A stretch of DNA of 64,000 nucleotides from the human T2T-CHM13v2.0 reference genome, Homo sapiens: NCBI RefSeq assembly GCF_009914755.1, contig NC_060933.1; one strand, 5' to 3'. Numbering within the stretch: position 1 is the stretch's first letter; each line of letters begins with the position of its first letter. Below the pieces are notes generated by a model, which saw only the letters and a list, made by a program, of their open reading frames with translations, was not told the origin of the DNA and made no database searches. Below are positions 54,501 to 64,000 of this stretch, one piece after another. Position numbers and translations under genes: made by a program.

Positions 54501-57500
54501 AATGGAATGGAATCCAATGGAATGGGTTCAACCCGAGTGCAATGGAATGGAATCGAAAGTAATGGAATGGAATGGAATGGATTCAACACGAATGGAATGG
54601 AAAGGAATGGAATCAACCCGAGTGGAATGGAATTTAATGGAATGGAATGGAATGGAATGCAGTGAAATGGAATCAAACCTAGTGCAATGGAATGGAATGG
54701 AATGGAATGGAATGGAATGGAATGGATTAGATTCAACCCAAATGGAATGGAAAGCAATGGAATCAACCCGAGTGGAATGGCATGGAATGGAATGGAATGG
54801 AATGGAATGGAATGGTACGGAATAGAATGGAATGGAACGAAATGGAATGGAATGGGATGGAATGGAATGGAATGGAATGGAATGGAATAGAATGGAATCC
54901 ACCCGATTACAGGGGAATGGAATGGAATGGAATGCAAAGGAATGGAATGGAATGGATTCAACCCGAATGGAATGGAAAGGAAAGGAATAATCCCGAGTGA
55001 AATGGCATGGAAGGGAATGGAATGGAATGGAACGGTACGGAGTAGAATGGAATGGAACGAAATGGAATGGAATGGAATGGAATGGAATGAAACCGTGAGC
55101 AATGGAATGGAATGGAATGGAATGGAATGGAATGAAATTTGTTCAACTCGAATGGAATGGAAAGGAATGGAATCAACCCGAGTGGAATGGCATGGAATGG
55201 AATGGAATGGAATGGAATGGAATGGAATGGATTCAACCCGAATGGAATGGAAAGGAATGGAATAAACCCGAGTGGAATGGCATGGAACGGAGTGGAATGG
55301 AATGGAATGGAAGGGAATGGTACGGAATAGAATGGAATGGAACGAAATGGAATGGAATGGAACGGAATGGAATGGAATGGAATGGAAAGGAATGAACCCG
55401 TGTGCAATTGAATGGAATCGAATGGAATGGAATGCAATGGAATGGGTTCAAATAGAATGGAATGGAAAGGAATGGAATCAACCCCAGTGGAATGGCATGG
55501 TATGGAATGGAATGGAATGGAATGGAATGGAAAGGTACGGAATAGAATGGAATGGAACGAAATGGAATGGAATGGAATGGAATGAATGGAATGGAATGGA
55601 ATAGAATGGAATCCACCCGATTGCAGGGGAATGGAATGGAACGGAATGCAATGGAATGGAATGGAATGGATTCAACCCGAATGGAATGGAAAGGAATGGA
55701 ATCAACCCGAGTGGAATGGCATGGAATGGAATGGAATGGAATGGAATAGTACGGAATAGAATGGAATGGAACGAAATGGAATGGAATGGAATCAACCTGA
55801 GTGCAATGGAATGGAGTGGAATGGAATGTAATGGAACGGAAACAACCCGAATGGAATGGAATGTAATGGAGTTTAAGGGAATTGAATACAACCAATCCGA
55901 ATGTAATGGAATGGAATGGAACGGAATGGAATGGAATGGAATGGAATGGAACGGAATGGAATGGAAAGGAATGGAATGGAATGGAATGGAATGGAATGAA
56001 ATGGAATGGCAGGGAATGGAATGGAATCAACCCGAGTGCAAAGGAATGGAATGGAATGGAATGGAAGGGAATGGAATGGAATGGATTCAACCCGAATGGA
56101 ATGGAAAGGAATGTAATAAACCTGAGTGGAATGGCATGGAATGGAATGGAATGGAATGGAATGGTACGGAATAGAATGGAATGGAACGAAATGGAATGGA
56201 ATGGAATGCAATGGAATGGAATCAACCTGAGTGCAATGGAATGGAGTGGAATGGAATGAAATGGAATGGAAACAACCGGAATGGAATGGAATGTAATGGA
56301 GTGTAAGGGAATTGAATACAATCAATCCGAATGTAATGGAATGGAATGGAACGGAATGGAATGGAATGGAATGCCGTGGAATGTAATCAAACCTAGTGCA
56401 ATGGAATGGAATGGAATGGAATGGAATGGAATGGAATGGAATGGATTGGATTCAACCCAAATGGAATGGAAAGCAATGGAATCAACCCGAGTGGAATGGC
56501 ATGGAATGGAATGGAATGGAATGGAATGGAATGGAATGGTACAGAATAAAATGGAATGGAACGAAATGGAATGGAATGGAATGGAATGGAACGGAATGGA
56601 ATGGAATCAACTCGATTGCAATGGAATGTAATGGAATGGAATGGAATGGAATTAACGCGAATAGAATGGAATAGAATGTAATGGAACGGAATGGAATGGA
56701 ATGGGATGGAATGGAATCAATCTGAGTGCAGGTGAATGGAATGGAATGGAATGCAATGGAATGGAATGGAATGGAATGGAATGCAATGGAATCAACTAGA
56801 TTGCAATGGGATGGAATGGAATGGAATGGAATGGAAGGGAATGGAATGGAATGGAATTAACCTGAACAGAATGGAATGGAATGGAATGAAACGGAATGGA
56901 AGGGAATGGAATGGAATGGAATTAACCTGAACAGAATGGAATGGAATGGAATGGAACGGAATGGAATGGAATGGAATGGAATAGAATGGAATCCACCCGA
57001 TTACAGGGGAATGGAATGGAATGGAATGCAAAGGAATGGAATGGAATGGATTCAACCCGAATGGAATGGAAAGGAAAGGAATAATCCCGAGTGAAATGGC
57101 ATGGAAGGGAATGGAATGGAATGGAACGGTACGGAGTAGAATGGAATGGAACGAAATGGAATGGAATGGAATGGAATGGAATGAAACCGTGAGCAATGGA
57201 ATGGAATGGAATGGAATGGAATGGAATGAAATTTGTTCAACTCGAATGGAATGGAAAGGAATGGAATCAACCCGAGTGGAATGGCATGGAATGGAATGGA
57301 ATGGAATGGAATGGAATGGAATGGAATGGATTCAACCCGAATGGAATGGAAAGGAATGGAATAAACCCGAGTGGAATGGCATGGAACGGAGTGGAATGGA
57401 ATGGAATGGAAGGGAATGGTACGGAATAGAATGGAATGGAACGAAATGGAATGGAATGGAACGGAATGGAATGGAATGGAATGGAAAGGAATGAACCCGT

Positions 57501-60500
57501 GTGCAATTGAATGGAATCGAATGGAATGGAATGCAATGGAATGGGTTCAAATAGAATGGAATGGAAAGGAATGGAATCAACCCCAGTGGAATGGCATGGT
57601 ATGGAATGGAATGGAATGGAATGGAATGGAAAGGTACGGAATAGAATGGAATGGAACGAAATGGAATGGAATGGAATGGAATGAATGGAATGGAATGGAA
57701 TAGAATGGAATCCACCCGATTGCAGGGGAATGGAATGGAACGGAATGCAATGGAATGGAATGGAATGGATTCAACCCGAATGGAATGGAAAGGAATGGAA
57801 TCAACCCGAGTGGAATGGCATGGAATGGAATGGAATGGAATGGAATAGTACGGAATAGAATGGAATGGAACGAAATGGAATGGAATGGAATCAACCTGAG
57901 TGCAATGGAATGGAGTGGAATGGAATGTAATGGAACGGAAACAACCCGAATGGAATGGAATGTAATGGAGTTTAAGGGAATTGAATACAACCAATCCGAA
58001 TGTAATGGAATGGAATGGAACGGAATGGAATGGAATGGAATGGAATGGAATGGAATGGAATGGAATGGAATGAAATGGAATGGCAGGGAATGGAATGGAA
58101 TCAACCCGAGTGCAAAGGAATGGAATGGAATGGAATGGAAGGGAATGGAATGGAATGGATTCAACCCGAATGGAATGGAAAGGAATGTAATAAACCTGAG
58201 TGGAATGGCATGGAATGGAATGGAATGGAATGGAATGGTACGGAATAGAATGGAATGGAACGAAATGGAATGGAATGGAATGCAATGGAATGGAATCAAC
58301 CTGAGTGCAATGGAATGGAGTGGAATGGAATGAAATGGAATGGAAACAACCGGAATGGAATGGAATGTAATGGAGTGTAAGGGAATTGAATACAATCAAT
58401 CCGAATGTAATGGAATGGAATGGAACGGAATGGAATGGAATGGAATGCCGTGGAATGTAATCAAACCTAGTGCAATGGAATGGAATGGAATGGAATGGAA
58501 TGGAATGGAATGGAATGGATTGGATTCAACCCAAATGGAATGGAAAGCAATGGAATCAACCCGAGTGGAATGGCATGGAATGGAATGGAATGGAATGGAA
58601 TGGAATGGAATGGTACAGAATAAAATGGAATGGAACGAAATGGAATGGAATGGAATGGAATGGAACGGAATGGAATGGAATCAACTCGATTGCAATGGAA
58701 TGTAATGGAATGGAATGGAATGGAATTAAGGCGAACAGAATGGAATAGAATGTAATGGAACGGAATGGAATGGAATGGGATGGAATGGAATCAATCTGAG
58801 TGCAGGTGAATGGAATGGAATGGAATGCAATGGAATGGAATGGAATGGAATGGAATGCAATGGAATCAACTAGATTGCAATGGGATGGAATGGAATGGAA
58901 TGGAATGGAAGGGAATGGAATGGAATGGAATTAACCTGAACAGAATGAAATGGAATGGAATGAAACGGAATGGAAGGGAATGGAATGGAATGGAATTAAC
59001 CTGAACAGAATGGAATGGAATGGAATGGAACGGAATGGAATGGAATGGAATGGAATGGAATGGAATGGAATGCAATGAAATGGGATCAACCCGAGTGCAG
59101 GGGAATGGAATGGAATGGAATGCAATGGAATGGAATCAATGAACCCGAGTGCAATAGAATGCATTGGAATGGAATGGAATGGAATGGAAAGTACCCGAAT
59201 GGAATGGAATGGAATGGAGTGTAAGGGAATTAAAAAGAATCAATCCGAATGTAATGGAATGGAATGGAACGGAATGGAATGGAATGGAATGGAATGGAAT
59301 GGAATGGAATGGAATCAACTCGATTGCAATGGAATGGAATGGAATGGAATGGAATGGAATGGAATGGAATGGAATGGAATGGAATTAACCCGAATAGAAT
59401 GGAATGGAATGGAATGGAATGGAATGTAATGGAATGGAAGGGAATGGAATGTAATGGAATGGAATGGAATTAACCCGAATAGAATGGAATGGAACGGAAA
59501 GGAAGGGAATGGAATGGAATGTAATCAACTCGAGTGCAGGGGAAAGCAATGCAATGGAATGAAATGGAATGGAGTCATACGGAATGGAAGGGAATGGAAT
59601 GGAATCAACCAGAGTGCAATGGAATGGAGTGGAATGGAATGGAATAGAATGGAAACAACACGAATGGAATAGAATGTATTGGAGTGTAAGGGAATTGAAT
59701 AGAATCAATCCGAATGTAATTGAATAGAACGGAAAGGAATGGAATGGAATGGAATGGAATGGAATGGAATGAAACGGAATGGCATGGAATGGAATGGAAT
59801 CAACCCGAGTTCAATGGAATTGAATGGAATGGAATGGAATGGAATGGAATGGAATGGAATCAACTCGATTGCAATGGAATGGAATGGAATGGAATGGAAT
59901 GGAATGGAATGGAATGGAATGGAATGGAATTAACCCTACTAGAATGGAATGGAATGGAATGGAATGGAATAGAATGGAATGGAAGGGAATGGAATGGAAT
60001 GGAATGGAATGGAATTAACCCGAATAGAATGGAATGGAATGGAATGGAATGGAATGGAATGGAATGGAATGGAATCAACTCGATTTCAATGGAATGGAAT
60101 GGAATGGAATGGAATGCAATGGAAGGGAATGGAATGGAATGGAATGAAATTAACCCGAATAGAATGGAATGGAATGGAGTGGAATGGAATGGAATGGAAT
60201 GGAATAGAATGGAATCCACCCGAGTGCAGGGGAATGGAATGGAATGGAATGCAATGGAATGGAATCATACGGAATGGAATGGAATGGAATGGAATGCAAT
60301 GGAATGGAATGGAAGCAACCCGATTGCAATGGAATGGAGTGGAATGGAATGGAATGGAATGGAAACAACCCGAATGGAATGGAATGTAATGGAGAGTAAG
60401 GGAATTGAATAGAATCAATACGAATGTAATGGAATGGAATGGAACGGAATGGAATGCAATGGAATGGAATGGAATGCAATGGAATGGGATCAACCCGAGT

Positions 60501-63500
60501 GAAATGGAATGGAATCGAAAGGAATGGAATGGAATGGAATGGTTTCAACCCGAATGAAATGGAAAGGAATGGAATCAACCCGAGTGGAATGGAATGGAAT
60601 GGAATGGAATGGAATGGAATGGAATGGGTTCAACTCGAATGGAATGGAAAGGAATGGAATCAACCCGAGTGGAATGGCATGGAATGGAATGGAATGGAAT
60701 GGAATGGAATGGAAGGGAATGGAATGGAATGGAATTAACCTGAACAGAATGGAAGGGAATGGAATGGAACGGAACAGAATGGAATGGAATGGAATGGAAT
60801 GGAATGGAATGCAATGGAATGGGATCAACCCGAGTACAGGGGAATGGAATGCAATGGAATGCAATGAAATGGAATCATCCGGAATGGAATGGAATGGAAT
60901 GGAATGCAATCAATCAACCCGAGTGCAATAGAATGCAGTGGAATGGAATGGAATGGTATGGAAACTACCCGAATGGAATAGAATGTAATGGAGTGTAAGG
61001 GAATTAAAAAGAATCAATCCGAATGTAATGGAATTGAATGGAACGGAATGGAATGGAATGGAATGGAATGGAATGGAATTAACCCGAATAGAATGAAAAG
61101 GAATGGAATGGAATGGAATGGAATGGAATGGAATGGAACGGAATAGAATGGAATGGAACGAAATGGAATGGAATGAAATGGAATGGAATGGAATGGAATG
61201 GAATGGAATCAACCCGAGTGCAGGGGAATGGAATGGAATTGAAGGCAATGGAATGGAATCATATGGAATTGAATGGAATGGAATGGAATCAACTCGATTG
61301 CAATGGAATGGAATGGAATGGAATGGAATGGAATGGAATGGAATGGAATGGAATGGAATGGAATGGAATTAACCCGAATAGAATGGAATTGAATGGAATG
61401 GAATGGATTGGAAGTAAATGGAATGGAATGTAATGAACCCGAGGGCAGGGGAATGGAATGGAATGGAATGCAATGGAATTGAGTCATCCGGAATGGAACA
61501 GAAAGGAATGGAATGGAATCAACCCGTGTGCAATGGAATGGAAAGGAATGGAATGGAATGGAATGGAATGGAAAGGATTCAACCCGAATGGAATGGAAAG
61601 GAAGGGAATCAACCCAAGTGGAATGGCATGGAATGGAATGGAATGGAATGGAATGGAATGGTACCGAATAGAATGGAATGGAACGAAATGGAATAGAATG
61701 GAATGGAATGGTATGGAAACAACCCGAATGGAATGGAATGAAATGGACTGTAAGGGAATTGAATACAATCAATCCGAATGTAATGGAATGGAATGGAACG
61801 GAATGGAATGGAATGGAATGGAATGCAGTGGAATGGAATCAAACCTAGTGCAATGGAATGGAATGGAATGGAATGGAATGGAATGGAATGGAATGGATTC
61901 AACCCAAATGGAATGGAAAGCAATGGAATCAACGTGAGTGGAATGGCATGGAATGGAATGGAACGGAATGGAATGGAATGGAATGGAATGGAATGGAATG
62001 GTACGGAATAGAATGGAATGGAACGAAATGGAATGGAATGGAACGGAAAGGAATGGAATCAACTCGATTGCAATGGAATGCAATGGAATGGAATGGAATG
62101 CAATTAAAGCGAATAGAATGGAATGGAATGGAACGGAATGGAATGGAATGGAATGGAATGGAATCGAATGGAATCAACCTGAGTGCAGGGGAATGGAATG
62201 GAATGGAATGCAATGGAATGTAATGGAATGGAATGCAATGGAAACAACTCGATTGCAATGGAATGGAATGGAATGGAATGGAAGGGAAAGGAATGGAATG
62301 GAATTAACCTGAACAGAATGGAATGGAATGGAATGGAACGGAATGGAATGGAATGGATTCAACCCGAATGGAATGGAAAGGAATGGAATAAACCCGAGTG
62401 GAATGGCATGGAATGGAATGGAATGGAATGGAATGGTACGGAATAGAATGGAATGGAACGAAATGGAATGGAATGGAATGGAATGGAATGGAATGGAATG
62501 CAATCAACCTGAGTGCAATGGAATGGAATGGAATGGAATGGAACGGAATGGAAACAACCCGAATGGAATGGAATGTAATGGAGTGTAAGGAATTGAATAC
62601 AATCAATCCGAATGTAATGGAATGGAATGGAACGGAATGGAATGGAATGGAATGCAGTGGAATGGAATAAAACCTAGTGCAATGGAATGGAATGGAATGG
62701 AATGGAATGCAATGGAATGGATTGGATTCAACCCAAATGGAATGGAAAGCAATAGAATCAACCCGAGTGGAATGGCATGGAATGGAATGGAATGGAATGG
62801 AATGGAATGGAATGGAATGGTACGGAATAGAATGGAATGGATCGAAATGGAATGGAATGGAATGGAATGGAACGGAATGGAATGGAATCAACTCGATTGC
62901 AATGGAATGTAATGGAATGGAATGGAATGGAATGGAATTAACGCGAATAGAATGGAATGGAATGGAATGGAAAGGAATGGGATGGAATGGAATCAATCTG
63001 AGTGCAGGGGAATGGAATGGAATGGAATGCAATGGAATGGAATCATCCGGAATGGAATGGAATGGAATGGAATGGAATGGAATGGAATGGAATTAACCCG
63101 AATAGAATGGAATGGAATGGAATGGAATGGAATGCAATGGAATGGAATCAACTCGATTTCAATGGAATGGAATGGAATGGAATGGAATGGAATGGAATGG
63201 AATGGAATGGAATGGAATATAATGGAATCCACCCGACTGCAGGGGAATGGAATGGAATAGAATGCAATGGAATGGAATCATACGGAATGGAATGGAATGG
63301 AATGGAATGGAATGGAATGGAATGGAATGGAATGGAATGGAAACAACCCGAATGGAATGGAATGTGATGGAGTGTAAGGGAATTGAATAGAATCAATCCG
63401 AATGTAATGGAATTGAATGGAACGGAATGGAATGGAATGGAATGTAATGGAATGGAATGGAATGCAATGGAATGGGATCAACCCGAGTGCAATGGAATGG

Positions 63501-64000
63501 AATCGAAAGGAATGGAATGGAATGGAAAGGCTTCACCCCGAATGGAATGGAAAGGAATGGAATCAACCCGAGTGGAATGGAATGGAATGGAATGGAATGG
63601 AATGGAATGGAATGCAATGGAATGGAACGGAATGGAATCAACCCGATTGCAATGAAATTGAATGGAATGGAATGGAATGGAATGGAATTAACCCGAATAG
63701 ATTGGAATGGAATGGAATGGTATGGAATGGAATGGAACGGAATGGAATGGAATGGAATTGAATGGAATCAACCCGGGTGCAGGGGAATGCAATTGAATGG
63801 AAGGCAATGGAATGCAATCATCCGGAATGGAATGGAATGGAATGGAATGGAATGGAATGGTTTCAACCCGAATGGAATGGAATGGAATGGAATCAACCCG
63901 AGTGGAATGGCATGGAATGGAATGGAATGGAATGGAATGGAATGGAATGGAATGGAATGGTATGGAATAGAATGGAATGGAACGAAATGGAATGGAAGGG
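51515..64000 (-). repeat. Distinct, more diverged HSat3 sub-domain with a different variant vocabulary
   Basis: New words dominate: TAACCTGAACAG, GGATTCAACCCGAAT, AAACCTAGTGC, GGGTTCAA, AATCCACCCG, TTGAATACAA and TTAAAAAGAATC. The proximal words TCTTCCGG, TTCAACTTGAA, AAGGGAGTTG, ATAGGAGGG and TCGATTGCAATCGA were not seen here. Confidence 0.8.
54870..59050 (-). repeat. Tandem duplication, ~2.08-2.10 kb unit, 2 copies (~54870-56965, ~56965-59050)
   Basis: CCACCCGATTACAGG at 54899/56993, GAAATTTGTTC at ~55134/57228, GCCGTGG at ~56373/58447 and GCAGGTGAA at ~56728/58802. ORF offsets are 2094, 2099 and 2074. Confidence 0.9.

Larger units (their letters stand above)
25374..64000 (-). repeat. Satellite III (HSat3) array, inverted orientation ((GAATG)n on + strand)
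   Basis: From 25374 to the window end the + strand reads GGAAT runs with CAACCCGAGT, CAACTCGATT and TAACCCGAAT words, the reverse complement of the left-hand vocabulary. No second strand switch was seen. Confidence 0.97.

Noticed and set aside
33950-61400. A 13.7 kb tandem higher-order repeat
   Set aside because: Only about 3 kb matches at +13.73 kb. Sequence after ~50.9 kb matches 39.9-40.5 kb instead and then changes dialect.
1-64000. Hundreds of ORFs of 60-405 aa (MEWNG.. and IPFHS.. repeats), e.g. 42975-44192, 55233-56321, 3290-4327
   Set aside because: Pure (GGAAT)n and (CATTC)n contain no stop codon in any frame, so long overlapping ORFs in all six frames are expected. No domains, codon structure or gene signals are present.
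1-64000. CRISPR-like repeat/spacer appearance (constant runs separated by short variable words)
   Set aside because: The 'spacers' are 5-20 bp, non-unique, mutually related and embedded in variable-length pentamer runs. There is no leader and no cas genes.
1-64000. HSat2, telomeric repeat, alpha satellite, or embedded Alu/L1
   Set aside because: No HSat2-type short period, TTAGGG runs, alphoid sequence, CENP-B box, poly-A tail or other non-pentamer-derived stretch was seen.
1-64000. Firm assignment to a chromosome or subfamily (e.g. chr9q12 HSat3B)
   Set aside because: The CAACCCGAGT vocabulary, lack of a fixed period and internal inversion are suggestive. Assignment needs alignment or k-mer classification against a T2T reference, which I cannot run.

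Overview
The whole 64 kb window is classical human-type Satellite III (HSat3). It consists of (CATTC)n/(GAATG)n pentamer runs interrupted every few tens of bases by CAACCCGAGT-family variant words. I see no protein-coding gene, RNA gene, transposon or non-satellite insert, and all listed ORFs are satellite translation artefacts. The real structure is architectural. (1) There is one clean strand inversion centred on base 25373, forming a 49-bp-arm palindrome in which two non-consensus variants are exactly mirrored. (2) Layered local duplications are present: ~5.24 kb x2, 3783 bp x3, 703 bp, 399 bp and ~2.09 kb x2, plus dispersed copies. (3) The motif vocabulary changes at ~51.5 kb. (4) About 40 perfect three-pentamer heat-shock elements (gGAAtcTTCcgGAAt) are confined to the first ~50 kb. 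A chr9q12-like HSat3B origin is plausible but is inference only. I cannot support a new gene-encoded system. All counts and boundaries were read by eye and need computational confirmation.
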